From the IMG/VR virus record IMGVR_UViG_3300025595_000007, positions 1 through 43,902 of that record: a stretch of 43,902 bases of DNA, one strand, 5' to 3'. The DNA comes from a virus (Duplodnaviria > Caudoviricetes). Numbering within the stretch: the first letter of the stretch is position 1; every line of letters begins with the position of its first letter. This document shows positions 34,689-43,902 of this stretch, in pieces. The translations under genes and the position numbers were made by a program. Under the pieces are notes generated by a model. The model had not been told where the DNA came from, did no database searches, and worked only from the letters and a program-made list of their open reading frames with translations.

Positions 34689-34732
34689 TTGCAGGCCCGG
34701 AAAATTCGTGTACACTGTCCAACCTTAGACAA
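34689..34732 (+). promoter_or_regulatory. Promoter TTGCAG-N16-TACACT with TGTC-N8-GACA site over -10/+1
   Basis: -35 at 34689-94, -10 at 34711-16, site at 34715-34732. Confidence 0.55.
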
Positions 34733-34749
34733 AACAACAGGAGAAGTAA

Positions 34750-35154
34750 ATGACTGAAATCACCGTCCCTATGGACAAGCTAGCCCGGATTTATCGTAAG
34801 ATAAAAACCGAAATCGACACGCTAACTCAGGAGTACGACAACAAGTTGGAAACCCTGAAAGCGCAACAAGACGAACTAAAGTTCGCTATGAAAGATCAGA
34901 TGCAGGCGCTCGGCGTCAAGTCTGTGCAGACTTCCTTTGGAACCGTAGCCATGATCCACAAGACGCGCTACTCCACACAGGACTGGGACTCGTTCAAGAA
35001 ATTTATTGTTGAACATGATGTCGTAGACCTGTTGGAGAAGCGTATCGCGCAGACCAATATGGCTAGGTTTTTGGAGGAGAACCCCGGTTCAGTGCCACCC
35101 GGCCTGAATTCGTTTTCGGATTTTGAGATCCGCGTAACTAAACCAAGTAAGTGA
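34750..35154 (+). CDS. Conserved coiled-coil replication/recombination-module protein
   Basis: N-terminal coiled coil, then GVKSVQT.FGTV...DWDSF; RBS CAGGAGAA. Confidence 0.65.
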   Translation: MTEITVPMDKLARIYRKIKTEIDTLTQEYDNKLETLKAQQDELKFAMKDQMQALGVKSVQTSFGTVAMIHKTRYSTQDWDSFKKFIVEHDVVDLLEKRIAQTNMARFLEENPGSVPPGLNSFSDFEIRVTKPSK

Positions 35155-35164
35155 GGTATTGACC

Positions 35165-36154
35165 ATGAGTAATGTTTCTATTTTTTCCGCTTCGAAAGTA
35201 CCCGCTTTCGCCCGCAATAATGCGTTGTCTGCCACTGCCCGTGCCTTGACTGGCGGCGGTACAGCCAGTGCTACTGGCAAGCGTATCTCCATCAAGGGCG
35301 GTGTGTTTCGTTTGATCGACGGCGGCAAGGAAATTGCCGCAATTGACGAGCGCCATTTGGATGTGGTCATCATTAAGGCAGCGCCCGAGGTGAGCCGCCA
35401 GTACTACGCCGCAGCGTACAACGCCGATACTGTGTCCGCACCTGACTGCACCAGCGAGGACGGCAAGACCCCTGATGCTTCGTCTAAAAACAAGCAAGCC
35501 GAGACCTGCATGGCCTGTGCGCAGAACCAAGCTGGCTCGGGTCAAGGCAACAGCCGCGCTTGCCGCTACTTGCAGCGTATGGCTGTGGTGCTGGCTAACG
35601 ACATCGAGGGCTCGGTGATGCAGTTGACGTTGCCCGCTACGTCGATTTTTGGTAAGGAGCAAGGTGACAAGCGTGCCCTGCAAGCCTATGCCCGCTATTT
35701 GGCAGCGCAAAACCCGCCGGTTAACCCCGAGCAGATCGTGACCCGCATGAAGTTTGATACGACTTCGGAAGCACCTAAGCTGTTGTTTGCTGCAACTCGC
35801 TGGTTGACCGATGACGAGTACGAGACTGTGCAGACGCAGGCCGAGACAGACGACGCCAAGAAAGCTATTGCGGCCTCTAGCGCTAGCGCTCCAGCGGCGG
35901 TTTCGCTGCAACTGACGGGCGCAAAGCCAATGGGCCAACTCATGAATGAGGAACATGCTGCCGCCTATGAGCCCATCGCTGCAAAGGCGGCGAAGGCTGC
36001 AAAAGCTAAGCCAGCCCCTGTGGTGGTTGAGGAAGATGGTGAGGACACAGCTCCTGAGCCCGAGGTGCGCAAGGCCGCTGCCAAGCCATCGGCTGTGCCC
36101 GCTTCCAAAGGTAAGTTGGCCGACATCGTGTCCGCTTGGGACGACGAGGAGTAA
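35165..36154 (+). CDS. Putative ssDNA-binding/annealing protein
   Basis: RISIKGGVF, Cys-containing core, Ala/Lys linker, acidic-aromatic tail SAWDDEE; RBS GAGG. Confidence 0.6.
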   Translation: MSNVSIFSASKVPAFARNNALSATARALTGGGTASATGKRISIKGGVFRLIDGGKEIAAIDERHLDVVIIKAAPEVSRQYYAAAYNADTVSAPDCTSEDGKTPDASSKNKQAETCMACAQNQAGSGQGNSRACRYLQRMAVVLANDIEGSVMQLTLPATSIFGKEQGDKRALQAYARYLAAQNPPVNPEQIVTRMKFDTTSEAPKLLFAATRWLTDDEYETVQTQAETDDAKKAIAASSASAPAAVSLQLTGAKPMGQLMNEEHAAAYEPIAAKAAKAAKAKPAPVVVEEDGEDTAPEPEVRKAAAKPSAVPASKGKLADIVSAWDDEE

Positions 36155-36161
36155 TTAAATC

Positions 36162-36296
36162 GGGGGGAAAGCGGATGCTGTGCCAGAGCTTGGTCTATTG
36201 GTGATGTAGCTAAAGAGACTCAAGTGCCGCTACAGGCAATACTTGGGTCTCCGTGAGTTCGAATCTCACCAGTGCAGCGAGTACCCCCACCTTTTT
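36162..36296 (+). ncRNA. tRNA-like structured RNA (D and T arms, no anticodon stem, no CCA)
   Basis: T arm GTGAG-TTCGAAT-CTCAC at 36253-69; D arm 36183-36201; 11-bp arm with pseudoknot; G5/C5 outer stem; T run. Confidence 0.75.
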
Positions 36297-36305
36297 AGAA
36301 ATGCT

Positions 36306-36584
36306 ATGGCCTACTCACAAAAAATTATTGACTTGGTGGCATCCTCGCCCAAAACGCCGGGCAACCAGCTTGGGCGTTGGGCTGTACACCTTGACTTCCC
36401 CGTTACGAAAATTGCCTACGCGTTAGGTGTCACCCGCCAAACTGTTTACAACTGGTTTGCTGGTAAAGACGTCTTTGTCGCATACCAAACTCGTGTCGAA
36501 TTCCTTTTAAAAATAATGTCTACGTCCCCAACCGCCGACGTAGCTTGGAGAACAATATGCAAAGAATACAACCTCAAACCCTGA
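36306..36584 (+). CDS. Cro/XRE-like HTH regulator (start ATG 36306)
   Basis: VTKIAYALGVTRQTVYNWFAG. Confidence 0.8.
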   Translation: MAYSQKIIDLVASSPKTPGNQLGRWAVHLDFPVTKIAYALGVTRQTVYNWFAGKDVFVAYQTRVEFLLKIMSTSPTADVAWRTICKEYNLKP

Positions 36585-36733
36585 CAAACAATGAGTTGGA
36601 GCGCGTGGCCTACATTACCGGCCCGGACAAACTGCCTGCAAATTGGGTAGCTGAGTTGCTGCGCCGTACGCAGGACAACTGGAGTGAAACCAAACCCAAA
36701 GACCCCGCCCAGTTAGAACTCGACCTGTTTTAA
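36557..36733 (+). CDS. Hypothetical protein (start ATG 36557)
   Basis: RBS GGAGAA; C-terminal QLELDLF resembles a beta-clamp-binding motif. Confidence 0.6.
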   Translation: MQRIQPQTLTNNELERVAYITGPDKLPANWVAELLRRTQDNWSETKPKDPAQLELDLF

Positions 36734-36753
36734 ACCATTTCCCAAGGATACCT

Positions 36754-39702
36754 ATGAAACCGCTTGAGTTTCTAGCGGAGGTACTGCCACCCCCCGGAAA
36801 TGGTAGGTACTGTGTTGTTGAACTATCAAAGAGCAAGGAGCATTTTTATGTAGACACATTGGAGCAGGCGCAACCAAAGATAGATGCGTGGAAACAGCGG
36901 GGGCTGGATGTCTATTTTGCGCTAGGCACATTCGGGGATTTGAACCGCCGAATTGCAACCAATGTGCAGATGGTGCGCTGCATCGCAGTTGATGTGGACT
37001 GCAACCACCCCAAGGACATACCAGATGAAGCCGGGGTAATTAAGGCCAAGGCGTACCCATCAGCGCAGGCTGCGGCGCAAGCCATCATGCAGTTTGCCGA
37101 CGAGGTTGGGTTGTCTGGTTTGGGTAGCCCTTGGTTTGTGGCTTCAGGCGGTGGTGTACACGCATACTGGCCGTTCAAAGAAGCCGTGGATATTGATGAG
37201 TGGAAGCCTGTGGCCGAGGGGTTCAAGCGCCTGTGCTTTCAAAAGAAGTTGGACATCGACCAGACCATCACGGCGGACGCATCAAGGGTGCTGCGCGTTT
37301 TTGACACGATTAACACCGGCATCAAGAACAACAAAAAGGTACGTGAGGTAACCAACGTCAAGTTCAAAAATGCTGGCGATCACTTCGACTTTGCAGACAT
37401 CCGAGCACTGGTCGAGCGCAACCTTATCGGCACGGCCTACGCGGCCAAGACAGTTGATCCAAGCAACGCGCTGGTACTACCGGGGCAGCGCCCCACCAAG
37501 GAGGCCAAGTCCTCGGTGCAGCTTTATGCCAACAGCATAACTAAATTTGGAAATATCTTTAAAGCCACCAAGGCTGGTCAGGGATGCGATCAGCTTCGGT
37601 ATTACGTCGAGCACGCTGATGAGGACGGCATGGAGCCATTGTGGCGGGCGCATTTGAGTATTGCCAAGAAGTGCGTGGACGGAGAGAAGGCTGCGGTGTG
37701 GTTAAGCGGATTGCACCCGTACGATGAAGACCGGATGCAGACCAAGCTGGCTGAGATTAAAGGCCCGTATCCCTGCACCAAGTTTGACTCCGAGAACCCC
37801 GGCGTGTGCGTGTCATGCAAGCACTGGGGCAAGATCACCAACCCCCTAGCCCTTGGTCGGGATGTGGCGCTGTCCAACGAGGTCAAGCAGGTAGAGATCA
37901 CTGGGCCTGCGGTGTCCGATGAGGTACGCCAAGTGCTGCGCCCCGAGCCGCCGAGGGGTTACGCCTACGGCGCAAACGGCGGTGTCTTTGTTGTCAAGGA
38001 TGACGAGGATGCCAACGGCAATAAGGTACAACGCAAAATCATGTTGCTAGCGTACGACTTGTTTCCTGTGGACATATTGGTCACAAACAAAGAGCACACC
38101 ATCCACATGATGGCGCTGCGTCCCGATGGCGGGCAGACAGTCACGCTACCCCAAAAGTCAGTTGTCAGTAAAGAGGAAACGCTAAAAAGTCTTGCAAATC
38201 AAAACGTGTTGGCTACCTTTGGTGCTTTGAATGACGTTAATTTATTCCATTACATACGAGCAAGCGTTGAAAAAATGAGCAGTGAAAAATCCCCTGTACG
38301 TGTACCTGAAAGTTACGGTTGGCAAAACGATGACACCTTTGTTTTTGCTGGGCGTATTTACTCTAAGGGCAAGCCGATTGATGTTCCTATGGCGGGTCTG
38401 GAAAACATCGTCAACAATACCAAACCCACCGGTACGCTGGAAGGCTGGCAGGCATGTATCAACATGTTAATACGCCGCGAGATGTATGACATCTTGGCAG
38501 TTTTCCTAGCCGGTGCTGGCTCCCCGCTGATGCGCTTTACTGGCCTGTACGGGATGACGTACCACTGTGCAGCACGGGCTTCGGGTACTGGCAAGTCGCT
38601 GGCGCTTGAGGCAGCGGCATCTATTTGGGGGCATCCAGCTCACTACCGCACTGGCAAGAGTACCTCGATGGTTGCCATGCAGCAACGCCTTGGCCTGCTG
38701 CACAGTTTGCCCTTGGTGACCGATGAGATTACATCCAAGAACCGTGAAGCGCCCGAGTGGTTTTCTGAGTTCCTGCTGGACATGACCGAGGGGCGCGGCA
38801 AGGAGCGCATGGAGTCCGGTGCTAACAAGGAGCGTCTGAACAACTCGACATGGGCGGCGCATGCCCTCATGTCATCTAACACCTACGTGGTGGACAGCCT
38901 GACCGGGGCACGCAAGGTTGGCGCAGAGGGTGAGCTTCGCCGCTTGATCGAGTTCCGTATGAATGACATTCTGACATGGAGTCCCGAGGAGATCGAGATC
39001 ATCAAGTCCCTGTCCCACAACTACGCTGTAGCTGGCGAGGTGTTGGCTGACTTTTTTGCCAAGAACGTGCCATTCCTAAAAGAGCTGGTGCCTAGCATTG
39101 TGCGCAAGATGCACATCGAATACAACGCTACTAACGACGAGCGTTATTGGATAGGTAGCGTTGGTTGCAACATAGCCGCTGGCATCATTATGGGTGATGC
39201 GCATACGGGGCTGGTCAACCTGCCTTTGGATAAAATTATTGATGCCTACCGCAAGCGCATTGAGTACCAGCGCACAGCTATACGGGGCAACAAGCGCAGC
39301 ACCGAGGATGTGCTTAACGAGTTCATCCGTGAAAGCTGGGGCCAGTTTGTGGTTGTCAACTACGGTGTTTCAGGTGGCATTTTGGCGCAGATGGGCGATG
39401 GCGGCAGCATCGACAAGAGCACCACCCGCAAGGAGGTAAAGGGCCGGGTAGAGAACGGCGCTATTGAGGGGTACACGGACTTTTATATTGAGGAGCGCGT
39501 GCTACGCTCGTTCTGCGCCACCATGAATTTTGGTTACGCTGAGTTCAAGGAGGAGCTAGAGAAGCTGTTTGCTGTGAAGTACATGCCTCGCAAAGACCTG
39601 ATGTCTAGGACAGGTGGCCCGCCGCTGCGCACGGCGGTTATGAGGATAACGAGGCCGATAGATGAAGAACTTGAACGTCACTTATCCGTGGAAAAAGACT
39701 GA
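36754..39702 (+). CDS. Primase-helicase fusion (AEP/RepB-like primase, Cys-rich domain, DUF927-like region, P-loop helicase)
   Basis: VDVD, SGGGVHAYW, DASRVLRV; C-rich GPYPC...CVSC; YGWQ; Walker A SGTGKS; LVTDE. Confidence 0.85.
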   Translation: MKPLEFLAEVLPPPGNGRYCVVELSKSKEHFYVDTLEQAQPKIDAWKQRGLDVYFALGTFGDLNRRIATNVQMVRCIAVDVDCNHPKDIPDEAGVIKAKAYPSAQAAAQAIMQFADEVGLSGLGSPWFVASGGGVHAYWPFKEAVDIDEWKPVAEGFKRLCFQKKLDIDQTITADASRVLRVFDTINTGIKNNKKVREVTNVKFKNAGDHFDFADIRALVERNLIGTAYAAKTVDPSNALVLPGQRPTKEAKSSVQLYANSITKFGNIFKATKAGQGCDQLRYYVEHADEDGMEPLWRAHLSIAKKCVDGEKAAVWLSGLHPYDEDRMQTKLAEIKGPYPCTKFDSENPGVCVSCKHWGKITNPLALGRDVALSNEVKQVEITGPAVSDEVRQVLRPEPPRGYAYGANGGVFVVKDDEDANGNKVQRKIMLLAYDLFPVDILVTNKEHTIHMMALRPDGGQTVTLPQKSVVSKEETLKSLANQNVLATFGALNDVNLFHYIRASVEKMSSEKSPVRVPESYGWQNDDTFVFAGRIYSKGKPIDVPMAGLENIVNNTKPTGTLEGWQACINMLIRREMYDILAVFLAGAGSPLMRFTGLYGMTYHCAARASGTGKSLALEAAASIWGHPAHYRTGKSTSMVAMQQRLGLLHSLPLVTDEITSKNREAPEWFSEFLLDMTEGRGKERMESGANKERLNNSTWAAHALMSSNTYVVDSLTGARKVGAEGELRRLIEFRMNDILTWSPEEIEIIKSLSHNYAVAGEVLADFFAKNVPFLKELVPSIVRKMHIEYNATNDERYWIGSVGCNIAAGIIMGDAHTGLVNLPLDKIIDAYRKRIEYQRTAIRGNKRSTEDVLNEFIRESWGQFVVVNYGVSGGILAQMGDGGSIDKSTTRKEVKGRVENGAIEGYTDFYIEERVLRSFCATMNFGYAEFKEELEKLFAVKYMPRKDLMSRTGGPPLRTAVMRITRPIDEELERHLSVEKD

Positions 39703-39868
39703 GCAGGGGCAGGGGTTTTTTGTCCCCTGCCTCGACCCCGAGACTACCCGCACTCAAGGACTGAAACGGGCGCTTGACCTGCGCCTGTTTGATGCCCGAG
39801 CTAAACCAGCAATCCGCAAAGGGCTTACTGGGGTGTGGTTCTACCGCCTGCCGCCTCGGCCCTCTTGA
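39662..39868 (+). CDS. Hypothetical basic protein
   Basis: YPW....GQGFFVPCLD...GVWFYR; last plus-strand gene before the convergent ORF. Confidence 0.65.
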   Translation: MKNLNVTYPWKKTEQGQGFFVPCLDPETTRTQGLKRALDLRLFDARAKPAIRKGLTGVWFYRLPPRPS

Positions 39869-42800
39869 TGGCCTGCATGTACCGCTCGGACTGAAGCTGG
39901 CGCTGCTTGTCAAGCTGGTCAATACGTTCTTGTTTCTTATCCGCTGGCATGTTGGAGCCCCGGATAATTTCTTCCTGCTTGCGCAGCGTACCCATGAACT
40001 TCTCGTACTGCATTGCCATCGGAGCGACCATGATTTCAGCGCGGTGATCGGCAAGGAACTCTTTGGCATCTTCGAGTTTGCCGGTTTTGCGGTAGCTATC
40101 AAAGGTTGCTTTCTTTTGCAGCGCATCAGTAGCCAGCTTGTAAACCACATCAGCATCCTCCCCGCCATACTTGCGCTGGAAAGAACCACCAATCAACGGC
40201 ATTTCTGACGGCCTACGGGTTGGCGCTTCAACAGGTTCGCCCGATTTGAACAAGCTGTCGGTTGCTGCTGCTGCCATCAAAGGTAGTGAGCCAAAGTAAC
40301 CAGTCACAATGTGCTCGATTTGAATTGGCGACAGGACAGGGGCCAACTTGCTTATCTGCTTGGCAATCTCAGTTGTGCTGTCGTAGTAACGGGCTTCGGG
40401 TGACAGCTTCTGTAGCCGCGCAGACTCCAGCGGTAAGCCGCTATAAAAGTTTTTGTTTGTCCAGACTTCCGCAAGCGGCTTGATAATCTGAGGAGCAACA
40501 AACGCATTGGACGAACCGGGGATAGCGCCGATAAACATATCGCGCAGTGCCCGCAGTTGTTGTGGCCCGTCTGTCTCAGCTTTCATAGCATCAGCAGCCG
40601 CTACGGCAGCGGAGAAGAACCAGCCGAACTCGTATGGAATTGGTAGCTTGAGTGGCTCATCAGCGCCGGGGATATGCACAAAGAAGTTGCTGTACTTATC
40701 TTTTGGCTTGGCGTTTTTGAAGTACTCATCATCGTCCATCAGCATGGCGTAGGCTAAGCCCGTTCCCATGAGCAACATGGCGTTGTTCTGAAACTTCTGT
40801 TTGATCTGCAACTGCTCGTTAAAAGGCATGTTGCCTGTAGCCGCTTTGTACAGTACGTTCAAGCCCTGAATCTGCGAGTTAAAGAAAGGTATCATGCGGC
40901 TGGCGTACTGCACAGTAGGCGATAGCCCCCGCTTATGGAAGTTCATTGACTCCATGACGGCAAAGTCTGCCTCTACTTCAGACAAGCCGTTTTTGATAGC
41001 GTTGTCATATACCAGCGCTCGTGTTGCGGCATCCGCTTTCATGGCTTGGCGGTCAGCCATTGCAAACAATTTATCCATAGCGCCCATATCCTTGCCGCTG
41101 GCAAGTTGCAAAGCAAACTTGGATATGTCGTCTGGGTCACCGGTAAAGATGCCGCTTTGCATCAAACCTTTTTCAATCAACTTAGCCGACGTCTCGCTCT
41201 GGCCGGTGTTCATCTTCAAGTACTCGTTGCCTGCCTTGTAGATGGCTTTAAGTGGGCCGTAGTCCAAACCAGCGGTAGCCGCAGCCGCAAACGGGTCGCG
41301 GAATAACTGGCGCAACAAATAAATCGGGGTGCGCGTAACACCCGCACGCAAAAAGTCTCCAGCGATAGCGCCAAGTTTAAGGAAACCGGGCAGCGTAAGA
41401 TGCGCACCCTCAAGGCTCTTAACAATAATTTCAGCAGGGATGCCACCCATTACCGTGTCGTTGGTCTGCACGCGCAGCCAGCGCTTGCCGTTGTCCTTGG
41501 GATCATTGATGTCCGCTTCTTGGTTCCAGCGAATAACGCTGGGGTCAGCAAGGCCGTCACCTTTATGGATGGGCATTAAGTCCGTGGCCTTGCCTGTGCG
41601 AGAGCTTGTTTCCCCTTGGCCTTTACCTACTTCGTACAAAGCGTAGCCCACGTTGCGGGTTGCCATGTTGGTCATGGCTTTGTCCACCAGCAACATAGTG
41701 TTGCGTGGCAGTGACTCATCCAACGGAAGAATTTTTGTCTCGCCGCCCTTGAGTTGGGCTAAGTAAGGTTGATGGCGAATGTCACCGATGGTGATGGTCT
41801 TTTCTGCACCCAAGACAAGCTGCGCTACGCCATTGGCGCTGACGCGGTAGTAAGGCACGTAGTCGCCTTCCTTGAGGAAAGCATCGGCTTCTTTCTTAGT
41901 AATAGCGCCTGTCGAGGCTAAAAACCGGATCATGCCTTCATTGAACTTGTTGTACAAGCCACGGGTGCGCTCTAGCGCGTTCTTAAGTTCTGGGTCAGCA
42001 TCGACTTGCCTCATGGCGTCAGCTAGCTTGGCTTCCGTAACGCCCAGTTCGCCTAAATCCAGCTTGGTCAGCCCTTTGTTGGCAGCACGCTGCGCAATCA
42101 TGTACGTGGTAGCCAGCCCCATCTTGGCTTGTCCGTTACCATACTTGTCCGGGATGTCCGAAACAGCAGCAAAGATTTCTTTAGCGCTGTTCTTGTTGGT
42201 GGTGCGCACACCCTTGTAGCCTTTATCGTCTGTATAAACTTCCAGCGGGCCGTTGCTCAAAGCGGTCAACACCAACGGCATTTTTTGGTCAGCCTTGGTT
42301 ACGCTGAACATAGCTTGCTGAAACAGACGGGAATCCCCCATTTGTTTAGCTCCGGCCTTCATAGCTGCGCGCAAACCAGCACGCATGTCCGTTGTCAGCA
42401 TCTCAAACTGAAGCGCTTTTTCACCACCCAGCTTTTCAAAAAATCCCTGCTTGGTTGCCACAACATCTTTGGCTAGCTTGGACAGATCGTCGTCAGACTT
42501 GTAGTCGGCCTTGGTGCGGAACATGCTAGGCGTTGCTCTAGCCACCAACTTGCGTGATGGGGCCAGTATGCGGTCAACCAACGCTTGAGTTTCTTTGCCG
42601 GACACTGTGGTCTGCATACCCAGCATGCGCCTGATAAAACCTAGCACTCGTTGCAAGATAGTTGTTGGCTTGCCCACAACGTCAAGCTTGTTACGGAAGT
42701 CTTTATTGGATATAACCTCTGCGGCAAACTCGCGCACACTGTCGATGCCCTGCTCACCTTTGAACAAGTCGCTCTTGCTGATACGAACGTGTAGTGCCTC

Positions 42801-43901
42801 AAGCTCCTTACGCGCAGCGCGTTGGTCAGCCTTCAGTGTCGCTGGGTCTGCCAGTAGCACGTAGTCCGTGGCTGCGTGGCCCATCTCGTGCAACACATCT
42901 TCTTCAGTCAAACCTGCCGGGTGCATCGTGATAGTGTTGTCCCGAGGGTTGTATAAACCGGCTACAGACTCGCCTTTGTAGTTGACACCCTCATCAACAA
43001 TAAACTTAGTGCGCAACAACAAAGGTTGTAGCTTGGCCGCAGCGGCCCGAATCTCCGGTGTAGAACCGTTTTTGGCAAGCTCCGCAGCCAAATCAAGAAT
43101 ACGCCCTTCCTGCGCTATTTCAACAGCCTGTTCCGATAGAGGTGTGGTGGTGCGGTCAACGTAAAACTTGCTCGGCGCATTTTCGTTTTCTAAACTTGGG
43201 CCTTCGTTGTAAACATCCCCAACCGCGCCTGAAACATCGGTTCCTTTTACTTTTGGCACTTCTTCTGCGGCTTGTTCTTTTTCGGAAACAGTACCAACGT
43301 CTTCCAATATGCCTGCTTGTTGGCGGGCAATCTGATTAGCTTTTTTAAAGTCTGCCAAGTCTTTCCTAGCATTTTTAAACGCAGTATCCGAAGGTGGTGC
43401 CCCCCGCTTTCCGGCATTGAAGTCCGCCACTGCTTGTTCCAACGCATTTACCCGCGCTTGTGCATTGGCTACTTGGCTGCTTGTTGTCTGCAACCTATCA
43501 AACGCTGCTTTCTGTAGCGCGTCTTTTTGCTGGAGCGTAAGCGCAGCAACTTCTTTTTTGGTCAATGGTTTGCTTGCTTTAATTTTCTCCGCAGCCATCT
43601 CATTGGCAGAACTGATAATTTCCTTGGTACTTACCTTGGGCTCAACACGCTGCTCAGTTATAGTCTGCTTAGTTACACCGGCAATAGCCTTGCTTTCTTG
43701 CGTACCTGTACGCAGTTTGCCGGGCTCACCCGCTACCTTACGCTGCGCAGCGTACCGACGCTGGCTACGCCCCATATTTTTCTCAGCCTCTACCAAAGTA
43801 GCGCGGGCTTTAATAATGTCCTGTGCAATGGCTTGCGCTTTCTTGGGGTGGCCTGCATCCAGTTCTTCTTTATACAGCGCCTCAAGCATTGCAATGTTTT
43901 G
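39825..43901 (-). CDS. Large polyvalent / internal virion protein, 5' end beyond window
   Basis: Frame open to the right edge; zincin HEMGH...EFAAE; C-terminal LKLPIPYEFG...KPLAEVWTNKNFYSGLPL resembling LPD38. Confidence 0.75.
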   Translation of the reverse strand, partial: QNIAMLEALYKEELDAGHPKKAQAIAQDIIKARATLVEAEKNMGRSQRRYAAQRKVAGEPGKLRTGTQESKAIAGVTKQTITEQRVEPKVSTKEIISSANEMAAEKIKASKPLTKKEVAALTLQQKDALQKAAFDRLQTTSSQVANAQARVNALEQAVADFNAGKRGAPPSDTAFKNARKDLADFKKANQIARQQAGILEDVGTVSEKEQAAEEVPKVKGTDVSGAVGDVYNEGPSLENENAPSKFYVDRTTTPLSEQAVEIAQEGRILDLAAELAKNGSTPEIRAAAAKLQPLLLRTKFIVDEGVNYKGESVAGLYNPRDNTITMHPAGLTEEDVLHEMGHAATDYVLLADPATLKADQRAARKELEALHVRISKSDLFKGEQGIDSVREFAAEVISNKDFRNKLDVVGKPTTILQRVLGFIRRMLGMQTTVSGKETQALVDRILAPSRKLVARATPSMFRTKADYKSDDDLSKLAKDVVATKQGFFEKLGGEKALQFEMLTTDMRAGLRAAMKAGAKQMGDSRLFQQAMFSVTKADQKMPLVLTALSNGPLEVYTDDKGYKGVRTTNKNSAKEIFAAVSDIPDKYGNGQAKMGLATTYMIAQRAANKGLTKLDLGELGVTEAKLADAMRQVDADPELKNALERTRGLYNKFNEGMIRFLASTGAITKKEADAFLKEGDYVPYYRVSANGVAQLVLGAEKTITIGDIRHQPYLAQLKGGETKILPLDESLPRNTMLLVDKAMTNMATRNVGYALYEVGKGQGETSSRTGKATDLMPIHKGDGLADPSVIRWNQEADINDPKDNGKRWLRVQTNDTVMGGIPAEIIVKSLEGAHLTLPGFLKLGAIAGDFLRAGVTRTPIYLLRQLFRDPFAAAATAGLDYGPLKAIYKAGNEYLKMNTGQSETSAKLIEKGLMQSGIFTGDPDDISKFALQLASGKDMGAMDKLFAMADRQAMKADAATRALVYDNAIKNGLSEVEADFAVMESMNFHKRGLSPTVQYASRMIPFFNSQIQGLNVLYKAATGNMPFNEQLQIKQKFQNNAMLLMGTGLAYAMLMDDDEYFKNAKPKDKYSNFFVHIPGADEPLKLPIPYEFGWFFSAAVAAADAMKAETDGPQQLRALRDMFIGAIPGSSNAFVAPQIIKPLAEVWTNKNFYSGLPLESARLQKLSPEARYYDSTTEIAKQISKLAPVLSPIQIEHIVTGYFGSLPLMAAAATDSLFKSGEPVEAPTRRPSEMPLIGGSFQRKYGGEDADVVYKLATDALQKKATFDSYRKTGKLEDAKEFLADHRAEIMVAPMAMQYEKFMGTLRKQEEIIRGSNMPADKKQERIDQLDKQRQLQSERYMQAIKRAEAAGGRTTPQ

Positions 43902-43902
43902 C

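Noticed and set aside
36174-36280. Functional tRNA-Ser(GCT)
   Set aside because: TAGCTAA is present, but its flanks do not form an anticodon stem, the acceptor stem is incomplete and there is no CCA.
1-43902. Alternative genetic code, DGR, integrase or introns
   Set aside because: Genes tile densely in the standard code; I saw no reverse transcriptase, recombinase or interrupted core gene.

Overview
The window is about 44 kb of a tailed dsDNA phage genome, probably podovirus-like and from an uncultured aquatic lineage; the host cannot be determined from sequence alone. The minus strand (17.9 kb down to 1) carries the late morphogenesis operon: probable terS, terL, portal, GroES-like co-chaperonin, scaffold-like protein, major capsid and decoration proteins, a glycosyltransferase, small basic proteins, adaptor-like proteins, and a 22-aa-repeat protein missed by the ORF track. 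The plus strand (18.3-39.9 kb) carries many small early genes, then a replication module (VRR-NUC, family A DNA polymerase, PD-(D/E)xK nuclease, HNH, SNF2-like helicase, SSB-like protein, HTH, primase-helicase). A large polyvalent virion protein enters from the right edge. No integrase or CRISPR array is visible. The most unusual content is non-coding. (1) A bidirectional promoter at the early/late junction appears to drive both the late operon and a ~90-nt terminated RNA whose core CAUUUGCUUCUCCUUG is antisense to the AGGAGAA...AUG start region shared by 21 plus-strand genes and by none of the late genes inspected. (2) A tRNA-like RNA has its anticodon arm replaced by a pseudoknot. (3) A parS-like palindrome occurs six times. 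(4) A ~290-bp degenerate palindrome is a candidate origin. (5) Leader hairpins show covariation, and one 5' UTR can form a double pseudoknot. All product calls come from motif recognition by eye; no searches were run.
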